Shown: positions 29,659 through 42,329 of the stretch, in pieces
Layout of the letters: the number at the start of each line of letters is the position of its first letter
Numbering within the stretch: the stretch's first letter is position 1
Assembly (NCBI RefSeq): GCF_009914755.1
Contig: NC_060926.1
DNA: 64,000 nucleotides
From: the human T2T-CHM13v2.0 reference genome, Homo sapiens
Direction: 5' to 3' (one strand)
Translations under genes and position numbers: made by a program
Notes under the pieces: generated by a model
Database searches by the model: none
Told to the model about the DNA's origin: nothing
Seen by the model: the letters and a program-made list of their open reading frames with translations, nothing else

Positions 29659-29879
29659 AAGTACTGAATTATACACCTTAACATTGTGAATTTTACGGTA
29701 TGTGAATTATACCTCAATAAAGCTGTTTTTTAAAATTTAGTTAGGAAAATGAACACCTACAGATAGACTTCCAAGATAGAAAATAAACTTTATTTTGTCT
29801 TATAATCAGTTCAGGTCAAGAAACATTCATTGATTTGGACTATGATAGATGCTAGGGATGTAAAGATAAATAAACCATG

Positions 29880-30357
<478 letters not shown>

Positions 30358-30779
30358 TCAATAACCAGATGCTGAAGATAAACTAACTCAAATTCTAGCT
30401 ACGGTTACACTTCTCTTCTAGCACAAGAAGGTTCCAGCTATGGTCCAGCATCCTTGCCCTGACTGCCTTGTTGCAGTGTGTGATCCTAGCTTGAGGATGC
30501 CAAGTAGTTTCTGTTTCTGTATCTCCTTGCCCTTGCCTCAACACCTGCTTACTGTTTTTACAAAACCTGGATTTTATTCCTTTAGGCACCTAACCCTTTC
30601 TTCAAACACCACTGAGGTTCTTCAGATTATCACAGATTTTAAATCAGGCCATCAAAGCATATACAGCTCCCTTCTTTTACGTCTTTTTATTTCATTTTCT
30701 TGGTAGAGATCCATAACACCTGTGTCTGGTGCCCTGCACTGAAGAAGCCAGGTATCAAAACCACCTCATACATTCAGTT

Positions 30780-31140
30780 GATCCAGAACAGGTACTGCGA
30801 ACCAGACACAGACACCACAACAGCACGTGAATTTCGTTTGGCATGAGCTGTTCTGAAAACAGTATACTTAACCAACAAATTACACCCAAGAGATGTTTTA
30901 CATACAAACTTACATGTAATTAAGTTTAGCTTCACTTGAAAAATCTGAAGATTTGGCCATGGTGGGTCCAAATTCCCATGTGGCAACAATAAGGTGAGCC
31001 AAGTGGGGACACTGCCTTTCCTTTTGATGAAGTGTGTCTCTCCATGATCCTCACCACTCCACAAGGCTACCATGCACAACACATCCAGCTGGTTTCATTT
31101 GTGACCTGTTGGCTCTGGAGGTATTGGAGTTTGAGACAAG
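30780..31140 (+). mobile_element. MER102-like hAT MITE
   Basis: cttgaaaaatctgaagatttggc...ttcccatgtggcaacaat...ggtattggagtttgagac. Confidence 0.65.
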
Positions 31141-31494
31141 TCCATGTTCAGGGAGTTAGAAGGTGTGTCCAATCATAAAGTGATCTCTTGGTTTAGGGTC
31201 GTATTGCCATGCTCCTCTACTTATGACAACCTCTCCTAGTTTCTCATGCCAACAACTGCTTCTTCTTCCTGTAATCACCAATCCTAAATATCACCTACAT
31301 ACCTGAACTACCCCAGGGAACTCCTGCAGAGGTATCTTCTGGCCTGGCAAGCTCCTATATGAAGTAGCAAAATTCCAGATCACATGGCAGAAGGCACTGA
31401 GGATCTCATCCACAGACTGATGAAATCTTCATTTCCACACTTACTTCTCTTTGAAGATAAATACTCCTAAATTTCTGAGTTCTGATGATTTAAA

Positions 31495-31665
31495 ATGATG
31501 TTTCTCAAACTTTACTGTGCATCCAACATATGTGAGGATCTTTTAAAAATGCAGATTCAAATTCAATAAGTCTGGTGTGGTGCCTGAGATTCTGCATTTC
31601 CAACAAGCTCCCTGGTGATCCTGATGCTGCCTGGACTGTGGACCACACTTTGAATAGCAAGGAGT
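31495..31665. mobile_element. MER5A
   Basis: tttctcaaactt...aaaaatgcagatt...cctgagattctgcatttc..acaagctccc..gtgat..tgatgctgc..ggaccacactttga. Confidence 0.88.
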
Positions 31666-32759
31666 TAGAAGACTTACGAAGGAAGAAAGTTCTGAGATGA
31701 GAGTTATCTGAATGAACTAGGCCTCCAAGACTTGACTTTCTGACATTTTAAAAGTCCAAAATGTTAATCTTTTAGTATCCTGTGTCAATTAATATCTGAT
31801 CTATATAAATAACAACCCTTCATAATGGTCCATGAAGAAGAAATAGATGGTTCCTTTAGCCATTAGGCATTGGTTATTGAATATTCACTATGTGATCAAT
31901 ACTGGGCATTACACAGGGGCATCTGCCAAGTTTCCATATATTTAGAGTGCTTAAAATCTAGGTGGCAAGAAGACTAATGGAAAACAATAACTAGTGTACC
32001 ACCTAAAACAGCAGATGATTAAGATTTTAATTGCTACAAACGAGTGATTCCCAAGAGGGTAGCATATCAGCATCTGGGTGGAAGGCTAAACACACTGTCT
32101 CCCAACTCCTCCTATAAGATACTTACTCCACCCTTACTCTTACTGTCAATCACTGACAAGGGAAACTACACTGAATTCCAGGAATGGCATATTCTTCAGA
32201 AGGATGAGGTGGGAAAAATGACAAAAACCACTGTTTTTAAATTGCATACAGAAGGGCAATGGAGACCTGGGGCCTGAAAGAGTAAGTAGAAGTGGTGGGC
32301 ATTCCAGGTGGGAGTTGCTTCCTGTGGTAAAAGTACTGAGGTGGAGATGAGTCTAGGGTATTTATGGGACAGGAAGAAGACCTGTCTAATTAAAGTAAAC
32401 TAGAGTGTCCCACTCACCATCACCCTATTTTTAGTGGAGGAAGCATGGAAACTATCTCCTAAAAACCTGATGACCACCTGTTAAAAACACTGAAGAGATA
32501 TTTCTTTACAGAAAGGCTAAACTAGTTTACCTCTCAGATCCTTTCCAATTTTTCCTCAAGTGCAGAACAAAATTCTGATTCTTCTCCAACCCATAATTCT
32601 AAATTGAATCACTTGTCTTGCCTGCTGTTGACCATGGCAGACAAGTGAAGAGAATGTGGATGTGTAAAACTCCCTATAAATTAAAAAAAAAAAACCTAAA
32701 TCACTGCATTAGGTTAAGCATTCCATTGCTGCTTAGCATCCCCAGTTCTCTAAGACTGT

Positions 32760-32875
32760 TCTCATAGGGCTATTTTCAACTCTGTCATCAATCATCTTTG
32801 TTACTCTTCCCTGAACCCTTTCCAAATTATCCTCATCCTTCTTATATAGGCAAGTGATGAATTACACTTCAGGTT
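32760..32875 (-). mobile_element. CR1/L3 fragment
   Basis: atcatctttgttactcttccctgaaccctttccaaatt..catccttctt resembles CR1 ORF2 3' region. Confidence 0.4.
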
Positions 32876-33059
32876 TTCCCTGAGCACTCCATCTAAAGGA
32901 AGTCTCAGTTACACAACATTCTCTGCCAAAGCCCACCTCGACAAAGCACTTAATGTACTTCCAACTAGGTTTTTTCATTTGTTGCTTATGAAATATTTAA
33001 AATATACATTTAGAAGTTCATATTGTTAAGAAGTTAATATAACAGTAGCCCATATACCA

Positions 33060-33225
33060 AATATTACTTCCTTAATTTATGGTCAATGTGGACATCTAAC
33101 TCTCTAATAAAAAAAATTCATAGTCTAAGATTGTGGCATATGGTTTTACTTGCTAATAATTTTCCCTTCCTTGTTTGTCTTTGCCATGATTCACTGTGGC
33201 CTAAGTATATTACTGAGGTATACCA
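33060..33225 (+). repeat. ~165-bp diverged direct repeat, copy 1 (copy 2 at 34256-34420)
   Basis: Both contain ttcatagtctaagattgtggcatat and end aggtatacca; ~84% identity by hand count. Confidence 0.9.
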
Positions 33226-33299
33226 TACATACCAACGCCCAGATTTAACAAACATTAATATTTTTGCCTTGTTTTGCAATTAGATACTTATTTATTTAT

Positions 33300-33440
33300 T
33301 CATATATGTGTGGCCTGTTTTCCATTAGATTCTGTCTTATCTGGACAGAGCCATGTCTGATTATTAACCTCTTTTATACCCATTACTTAGCATAGAGCCT
33401 GGCATATAAGGTTCAATGAATAATGCATGAATGACTTTTG
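33300..33440 (+). mobile_element. L2 3' end
   Basis: cttagcatagagcctggcatat..gttcaatgaat..tgaatga. Confidence 0.7.
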
Positions 33441-34249
33441 TCCTAGTATTAAATAAGGGCCATCACAATGGATGACTTATTAAACAAAAGACAATGATTC
33501 CATCTTTATTAAAAGTCCAAAGAGGGGAAAAAGGAAATGAGTCTTTATTAAAGAATGGGGTTTACATTTAAATGCATGCTATAGCTGGATATCGGACATT
33601 AGGATGAGTTAGTTGAGCAAGGTACAGAACTTCCCTTCCCTAGGGGCTCCTTTCCCTTGTTCCCTGAATAGCACATATATCTGCCTAGATAACAGTGATA
33701 CAGAAGATGAGCTCTTCTAGCTCGTGTAGCTTAGAGATGCCAACTCAATGGCTTAAAGAAGGAGAGAACAAAGGAGGAGAAGGAGAAAGAGAAGAGAGGA
33801 AAAAATGGAGGGAGGAAGGGGTGGGGGCCTATACGGAGGGTATCCAAGACCACTATAAGACCAGAAGAAATCATTCATTTTTTCTAGATTATGCCAATGG
33901 CAATAAAGATTATGTCCTGAAAACCTTAGAGTATGAAGTCCATTTGGATAAAATGAAGTGAAGCCTAAGGCAAAAACTTAAGAAAGGTCATATCCAACTG
34001 TCAGAGAAATCTGACAGTTTTCTCTACCTCCTTCAGCCTGTACTCCCTGCCACCCAATATCTTCATGCAAAATCCTAAAAGTCTGGGTCCCTCCTGCCAT
34101 GGTTCTCTACATGCTCTCAAATACCAAATATACACTCGTGTCTACTCCCCATCAAAACTTACTGGGTCTAAGTTCTATTACTTTGAGCTCTTATTCTTCT
34201 AGCAGGTCACTGAGAGATACTATGCTTATGATATAAATGGCTGTCTATT

Positions 34250-35700
34250 ACTGAAAATATCACTTCCTTAATTTACAGTCAATGTGAACTTCCAACTCCC
34301 TAATAAAAAATTTCATAGTCTAAGATTGTGGCATATTGTTTTATTTGTTAATAATTCTCCCTTCCCTCTCTGTCCTTGCCACAGTTCACCACGGGCTAAG
34401 CATATGACTTAGGTATACCACTTGATATAACACAAATCATTTCTAATCACTGTCATAAGGAAATGTTTTTCTTGCTCCAAAGATATCTTACTCCACAGAT
34501 AAAATATTACACGAGCACCTTTCCACTATGCAGCTAGCATATGTCAGCTTGGGGAAGCAGTCTTACACTCACTGCCCATCACTTTGCACAGCAAACTCAC
34601 AGACACAGGGGCCACAGTTTGGTTGAATCCATAGTTTCCACTGTTTCTTTTTGTATTTCCTCAAGATCAGAGGGTATTACGTCTTCTCCATGAAGTGGGT
34701 AGCATGTGGATTGGCTTCTTTCTAAGTACAACTCCTTTTCTTCATGAAGCCTTCACCTTATCTGTACCTGAGCCCAGTACCCTGTCAGTTCTGTCCCCTG
34801 AGCAACTTTTCCACTCTCATGAATAATGGTTAACCAAAAAAAAAAAACAAAAAAAACCTCTTCCTATAGCACAAGTTTTCAGTGACAAATGAACAAAAGC
34901 ATCACCGAGCACTCATTTCTGAACAAATGCCAAAAGCTGATTCATTCTCTGCATGACATCGGTGGTTTCATCCAACCATAAAGTGAAATATCTGCTAGCG
35001 TGCACTTGATAGTAATCGCTCTTCCACACTCCACTCCACTGATATTATGCCACAGCCAACCATGTTATTTGACAAAGGAGTTTTGTCAATAACTTCTGGT
35101 TTCTCTCTAAGGATAATGTTTGTCTTTAACTTTCCAGCTGATTTTCCAAGTGTCTCTTCAATAATATGACTCATACTTATTTTGCTACAAGGATCCTTTA
35201 ATGATGCTAATAGAATTATAATCTCTTACCTACCTTTAGCCATATAATACATTAATTTTATAAAGGAAAGCATTATTGTGTGCCTGTCCTAGAAAACTTC
35301 AATAGTATAACAGAGAAGCCACTGTGCTTTGTTCGAAAATGACACAAAAACATCCATGGCTTCATGCCACTATTGGACAAAGTTTCATAACAGGCAACGA
35401 TTACGGATTCATTTGGTCCTAATGGGGATAGCAAGTCCAATAAAAAATAGTTTTGAGATAGTCATTGTCATATTTCCATTTGCACTTTTCAATTTCAGCT
35501 ACTGTTCTGAAATTGTCACTCTCAGAGATTCCCTTGTCTCTATACATACATATTCCCATTTTATATGCAGTGGGATTCAGTTCTCTAAGTATGTTTATGG
35601 TATTCTGAAATGTAGCATTTACAGTACTATTTTCATCACTATTTTTACACTTCAATGAACTACTTTTGAACCACTTATCTAGTTTTGTGAAATGGGAATA
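34250..35700 (-). mobile_element. hAT-Charlie (Buster-type) transposase fossil
   Basis: Minus-strand motifs in order: DKWFKSSSLK, KYDNDYL, LSNSGMKPWMFLCHFRTKH (BED finger), TPLSNN, FTLWLDETTDV..NQLLAFV, LCKVMGSE, SGKVL, VYLSHM. Confidence 0.85.
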
Positions 35701-35914
35701 CAATTTAAGAACAGCAAAAACAAAAAATATTCTTTTAACAAATAAAAAATAAGTAAATGATATAAAAATTATATTAACAAACATGAAGTGGACCATTAAC
35801 AAAATGTAAGCTATACGCACTCACCAGTGCAGTCTTTGCAGCACAAATACAATCTTAAATATTATAATAAGTTTTAAGAACATAAGGGGATGTCTGCTGA
35901 AATCATAATTAAAT

Positions 35915-36430
35915 GGCCTATCTCAAGGCCCTACAGGCTTTGCAACACCCACACCACCCTTCTGGTCTCATTTCTGACTTCCCCCTTGTCATTCCACCCC
36001 ATCATGCTGATCTTGCAAATCTTTGAACATATCCAAACACATTCTTTTCTCAGGGCCTTTGCACTGGCCATCCTGCAACTCTATCCCTCAGGTATTTGTA
36101 TTAAGCAACTTCTCTTACCTTCTGTTAACTCTTTGCTTAAGGTCTCTTTCTCCATGAAGCCTACTCAACCACACTTACCCTGTCCTACTTTCTCTTTCTT
36201 CCAAAGCACTCATCTCCTTCTAGCATCATATATAATTTAGTTATTTGGTTTATTATCTGTCTCCCACCTCCCACCTGCCTGCCCCCAACAGAATGAAAAC
36301 TCTACAAGGTCAGAGATCTTTGTTTTATTCATTGATATATTCCCAGCACCTAGATCAGATACTAACCCGCAGATGGAGCTCAATACATATTACTTGAATG
36401 AACAAATAAATGAATGGATGAATGAATTAA
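35915..36430 (+). mobile_element. L2a 3' region
   Basis: ctcagggcctttgcactggc...cccagcacctaga...ctcaata..cttgaatgaa. Confidence 0.85.
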
Positions 36431-36859
36431 ATTTTTTCATTGCTTTTCCCTTCTAACCACCAAACTGCCTATGGATCTTACTTTGAGAATTAAAAAGAAA
36501 ATGATAAGCCATCAGAGGTTTTTAAGCAAAAGAATTATATCAATAGAATGGTATTAAAATAGACAAGGTCGGGAGATGATTTAAAGTTTGGAGAGGCTAG
36601 ATCCAAAGAGTTTAGTTAAAAAGTCAACCAATGAAAGAGATAAGGAAGGGCATAAATTTCCAATTACCAGGACTTCTTAAGTGGTTTATTTCAAACCTAC
36701 AATTCACATATCCATAGATACATTATCAATGTTTATCTATACATACATTGCATACACACACATACACATATACGTTGAACAAGACTAGAAGAAGCTAAGG
36801 ACATTTCTCATCATATGGATATAATACATATACAAGCTTATCACTTGAGTCACAGTTAG

Positions 36860-36995
36860 AACAGCCATAAATCCTAGTTTTCCTGGCACAGTCTCAGTTT
36901 ATACTTGTTGATCTAATGCCCCTTCCAGTTAGTACCATATTTTACTCTCAAAAGTGTCCTTGTCTGGATTTTTTTAAATTACATAGTCATCCTAC
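36860..36995 (-). mobile_element. MER94-like hAT-Blackjack MITE
   Basis: ctctcaaaagtgtcct..tctgg...tagtcatccta; inverted relative to the copy at 38232. Confidence 0.65.
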
Positions 36996-37013
36996 TTATA
37001 AAAAAGATACATA

Positions 37014-37314
37014 GGCCGGTCACGGTGGCTCACACCTGTAATCCCAACACTTTGGGAGGCCGAGGAGGGTGGATCATTTGTCAGGAGTTCAAGACCAGCC
37101 TGGCCAACATGGTGAAATCCTGTCTCTACTAAAAACACAAAAATTTGCTGACGGTAGTGGTGCGTGCCTGTAATCCCAGCTACTTGGGAGACGGAGGCAT
37201 GAGAATCGCTTAAACCCAGGAGGCGGAGGATGCGGTGAGCCAAGATTGCACCACTGCACTCCAGTCTGGGCAACGGAGTGAGACCCTGTCTCAAAAAATA
37301 AATAAATAAATAAA
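37014..37314 (+). mobile_element. AluS
   Basis: Dimeric Alu with (AAAT)n tail. Confidence 0.95.
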
Positions 37315-38231
37315 TTTCTTCTTATTTAGACATGCTGACCAAGCTTTTGAGGACTTCAGTGGAGTGAGTTTGGGAAAGGTGACAGCCATAATTAATTATA
37401 ACATCCACTGGCCAACATAGTAAGTGAGCTGTGTTACAAACACACAATTCTTTGGTAAAGGAGCATAGCAACTACTGCAGAAGCAAATGCCACAAACTTC
37501 ATATATCTAAGTTGGGTAAAGAATCCAAACCCTTGCCAGGTCACCTGCACAATCTCAAACCCCCAAGAGAATTTTCATGTGGTGAACAGACACAACAGTT
37601 CTCCCTCTCTGCGACCCCTCTGTATGAAAAGCTGAGACCCAAACCAAACACTGGAGACACAAGGGAGTACAGAAAACAAAAGCCCTCCTATTATCCTCAT
37701 GGCCCTGAGAGCTTGGAAACTAAGAGAATGTGGAATCAAGTCTTCACAACAACACTTGTGTTCTGGAATCTCAGTAAATATCCAAGATCTGGACCAGACA
37801 CTAGATCTTGAAACTTGCATTCCTACCTCTAAGAGCCATGGTAACCACTAGGTCTGCAAACAGGTTTTGTAGAAACTGCTCTCCCAAATCAAAGGATTTG
37901 TCCCAATTAGTGTCAGCTCTAGATATATGGACAGGTGTTAATTCATATTGTGCTTGAAGACAATAATAATATGGGCTTACAGCCACGGCAGATGCTTAGT
38001 AACTTAAGAATAAAACTATTTTATTCACTATGTGTGTAAATAGATGACAAGCAATTATCTCATTCTCCTATCTTCCTTCCTCCTATTTCATTTTTTCTTA
38101 TATATTTTTCAGGTTTAAATTTTTCTGATTTTCTAGCTTTGCATTTAATAAATAAAAGACTGAAATAAGGCAAGACTCAAAATCTGGTGTCGGAAGAGGG
38201 GTGATGAAAAAAATTCAGGATTCCTTAATAT

Positions 38232-38365
38232 CTAGGGTGACCAGATAATTATCACCCAAACCAGGACACTTTTACATGTGAAAGGGGGTGCTTTTGATAA
38301 TTAAGATAAACCAACAGGAGTAAACTGGCACTGTCACAAGCAAAGCAGGGCATCTCGTCACCTTT
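38232..38365 (+). mobile_element. MER94-like hAT-Blackjack MITE
   Basis: TIRs agggtgac...gtcacct; ccaaaccaggacactttt. Confidence 0.75.
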
Positions 38366-40749
38366 CTAATCTCTCATTCATATCCTGATACAAAAGGCAT
38401 CCTGTGTGTAATGAAGCAACCTCTGCCTCTGTTAAATCAATCAAACTTCAAACATAGTCCTCCCTCTTTCAGGCCAGGCCTGGCTTTTGATAACAGAGCT
38501 GGAAAGGTTTTCACCCAATGCTGCCATTCCCTATCCAACACACCAAGCAAAACTGGTTCCAGTTTTTCCCAAGAAAGTAGTCAGCAATGCACAAGAATGT
38601 GGATCCAGGCCAGGCCCACAGCAAGCCCCAGGCGAGAAGCCTCTGATTTCTCTTAAAGGAACACTTCACAACAGAGAAAGCCACCTGGTTAGAGGTTACA
38701 CAGATACCAACCATATAGACTTAACAAGCATTTTGAATGCAAGATCATTTCATTGATGTGTAGGCACATATTAAAACTGGGAAGATCCCAAAAGCCACCT
38801 CTCCTGCAAAACACATTCATCTAGGAGAAAACGCCAAAGCATCTGTCCTCAACTACAGGTAACAACCTTGGTTTCTTTGCCTTTGGCTGAAATCAGTGTT
38901 GCAAAAGCCTTTTAAAAGAGTAAGAAAATATAGGTTTTTCTCCCAAGATCACATTGCCCAAGTGAAACAGAACCAGTGCTTACTTTTATTTTTTGTCTCC
39001 TGTTCAGAGGGGTCAAACATTGCTCATAATCTTCATTAAATTTAGTCCTGTGGCTGGCAAATGTTAATTTACTGGAATATTTTCCTTCACATTCATAAAG
39101 AGGGAAAACTAGCTTTGTGATCTGGTTGCAATCTACACAACACATAGATAATCCACAACAGTGGTAGGCGCAGAAAAGCTCCAGCTGGTTTATCTCAAAT
39201 GTTCAGAATGATTTTGATTTCTTTACCGACACCACAGCCATTCATAAAGATTCATTGCCAAATGTTGCCCAATACCGTGATAGAGGCGATGGTGAAGCGA
39301 ATGTCTTAGACTGGGAAATCATCATGGTGCCCAAACCTCAGAGTCTGCGGCCAAATGGTGGGGATTTGGAAATCACCTGTCACGGAGATGGTGAAGGAAA
39401 CTGGATTCAAACTAATGAAGACTAAAGTCTTTCCAGCCAGAAGACGGTTTGAGTCCAAGGGGCCATTTATATACAAGAGCTAAGAAAGGTGCAACTGATT
39501 TTCCCCCAGAAGCAGCACGATTATTTTTAAGTTCAAAGACATTTTTGTTAATAAACTGCTTCACACAACCACATCGAAGCCAAAATGTGCCAATGAAATA
39601 ATCAAAACAAATAGCTCAATTGGGACTTTTTGAATGTTCAACAAAAAGAAAAATTAAAGCTGGTTAGACTGCTGGATAGTAACGTTACAGTGTCTCCTTT
39701 AAGAGATCAAAATGTCTTTGCCACCCTCCACCCCACCCTACCCCACCTCTAATAGTGAAGTGGATAATTTCTGAAGAATACAATGACCCTTTATGCCTGG
39801 CTTCTCTAGTCTGCTAGGGATGCCATCTGTCTCCCACGCTATATAAACAATCCCCGCAGGAATCTTCTGATGACCAAACAGATTAGCAAACTCCAGATTT
39901 TCACGCCATTAATAATATCCCCATCCAGATTAGGCCTTTTATTTTAATAACTCCAAAGATAAAGTCAATAACTGATCTTTCTTTCTTTGTAGATAATGTG
40001 TGTGTCATTTTAAAGATAACCTCTTGGAACATACAGCCATCTGTTGGGAAGAGAAAGAAAAAAAGCTCTCTCAAAGCAACAGAAGAAATGAACCCTCGAG
40101 GGAATAGGAGAAATAGTAAAAAGAAAATCATATTTATAAGACAAACACATGGAGAGCTCTACTAATTACACTAAAATATTCTTCTTCTAAATGACAAACT
40201 ATAGAACACTACTCCAGAAAAGACAAGTTTCACACTTTCACAAAGGTATATATATACGAAAACAGTTTGCGTGAGTCTAGGACAGTGAAAGCAGAAATCA
40301 TAACCCAAAAGCTAAAGGCCCCCGAAGTTTGCATGCTGTCCACCTCTATCTGTAATGATCACAAATGTTTTCCTTCCTGAAGTTTAATATCGATTGAACC
40401 CTTGTAACTCTAATTGTGAGCTCTCTGTACTGACTCCAAAGACTTCTAACTCTAAAAGAAATGTGCCTGTAAAGATGTTCTCTAAATTAATAATAATAAA
40501 CGACGAAAAGCACCCGAGCGCTGCTAATAGTGAAGACAAGGCATGAGAGAGTCAGACCTCTGCAGTCTCGCGTCCTCGGAAACGTCTACGTCTAAATCTG
40601 CAGCCCCAGTCTGCTCCAGGCCCCAAGCTCCAGCAGAGGATGTTCACGGCACATTCCCAACCAAAAAGGAAATGAAGCGTCCTCTCCCTCAACTGATGCT
40701 CAAATAGACCCCAAAGTCCCAGTTTCCCTGGAGAACCAAACCATCCAAC

Positions 40750-41900
40750 ACATCCTGGGCAGCGGAAACCGAAATGGCAAATGAATGACCGCGCCGGGGC
40801 GCAAGGGAGGAAAAACAAAGCCACCTCCCGCCGTCCGCTACCTGCGGCGAGGGCCGCGCGCTCACCTGGGCTTTGCGCCCGTCGCCACAAGCTGCGGGTG
40901 GGGACCCGGCCGCGGGGCGGGAGGGCGCCCCCGAAGTCGCCCGGACCCGCGGCCCCGGCGCCCTGCGGCCGGTCCGTGCGCGCCGCGGAGAAAGCAGGCG
41001 GCCGGGGGCGCCGCCGCGCGTTGCATGCAGCTCACGGCTGCTGCGGCCGCTGCCACGGAGCCGAGAGTCTCTGCGCTGCAGTCCCCGACCCCGAGACCGC
41101 GAGAAGCGCCCGGAGAGACGCGGCGCAGGGGCAGAGCGCGCTCGGCGCGCCCCTCAGCGGCTCTTCCCGCCGCCCTCCGCAGCGGGCTGGGTCTCGGCTC
41201 GCCTTTGTGCTGGCATCTTCCTAGCTCCCAGCGACACCCAGAGCTCTCGAGGCGGCTCCGCGCCGCCACCCACCCCCGGGTTACGCCACGGCCCCCGCGC
41301 GACCCGCCGATTGTGTCGAGTCAGCAGCGGCAGCGGGGACGCGCGAAGCCATGGCTCCCGCCCGCGCTCGGGAGGGCGCCGGGGGTCCTGCGCCTCCGGG
41401 AGGTTTGTGGCCGAGCGCGGCGCGGCCCCGAGCGGCCCCGCAGCGCCCGGCTCCCCGCCGCTCGCTCTCCAGGCGCCGACCCGCCCGCGTCGCCACCCTC
41501 TCGCCGCTCCCTGCCGCCACCTTCCTCCCGCCCGGGTGCCGGGCGTCCGCTCCAGCCGCGGTGCCCCGGTCCGCGGAGAGCGAAGAGTCCGGCCTCCTCA
41601 CCTCCAGCCGCGCCGGCGCCCTTCCCGCTAGACGCTTCGGCGGCATCTGCCCGCACCGCCCTGCGGGACGCTGGGCTGGGAGCTGGCGGCACGTCGGGGA
41701 CCGGTGGAAGGGAGGCGGGGGCAGAGGACAGGAGGAACAGCCAGACCTTGGCCAGCGGGACCTCCCTGAGGAAGGTGCGGAAGAACGGGGCGGGTGCGGC
41801 TGGGCGGAGGACGAGTCCCGAGGCTGCGGCGGAGCCTGAGTTGCTCTCCTTCTGCGAAGTCGAAGGACAGGAGGATTCCTAGAGGTGTCGCGGAGGGTGG
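40750..41900. promoter_or_regulatory. CpG island promoter (TATA-less, multiple GC boxes)
   Basis: ~1.1 kb, very GC- and CpG-rich against a CpG-poor background; GGGCGG/CCGCCC sites near 40915, 41360, 41482, 41529, 41656, 41788, 41802. Confidence 0.95.
40866..41270 (-). other. Probable first (5'UTR) exon of a minus-strand gene; transcription start approximate
   Basis: Donor CCAG|GTGAG at the island's left edge; intronic L1/LTRs mostly antisense to this strand; no coding exon seen in the next 40 kb. Gene not confidently recognised (architecture loosely recalls OSBPL3, an unverified guess). Confidence 0.7.
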
Positions 41901-42329
41901 AGGAGACCCTCTGAGGTCGTGCAGACAACACTGTTCCTCAACCCCACCAGAAAGCTGAATAGGGGAGTGTCATGCCTCGGTTTCCCCAACTGCAAGGGCA
42001 AGACGGTAATACTCATGTCGCACACACAGGGTGTGGTCACGATGAAAAAATGGATTATTGAAAGCGTTCCCAGATACTTTGCCTAAAGAGGGCACTAAAA
42101 TTTAAAATTACTGTATTAATACTTTCGGCTTTCTGTTTACTTCTATAGCATCTTCATCAACCAGTCCCACGTAGGAGAAAAAGTAAAAATGCTAAAGTGT
42201 AAATACATTGTGTCCCTCCCCACCCACCCTTGCATCTGTCCAGATTTAGGGAAGATTTATTCAATTTTACAATTTAACTATATCCATATGGAGTAAGTCC
42301 CCAAATAATGGATAGCCATTCCTTTGGGA

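Larger units (their letters stand above)
25550..29730 (+). mobile_element. Old L1: 5' region, ORF1, ORF2 endonuclease and 3' end fragments
   Basis: ORF1-like gaaatgaataattcactagaggggttcaatagtagatttgaac; EN-like ccaactatatgctgtctacaagaga; 3' end tatacctcaataaagctg. Confidence 0.85.

Noticed and set aside
40866-41270. Assigning a gene symbol (OSBPL3, SGMS1 and GNG12 considered on architecture)
   Set aside because: No coding exon in the window to confirm identity; a BLAT search would settle it
40552-41931. Long overlapping ORFs (up to 365 aa) in several frames
   Set aside because: Stop-codon scarcity in GC-rich DNA; Arg/Pro/Ala/Gly-rich with no domain; open on both strands
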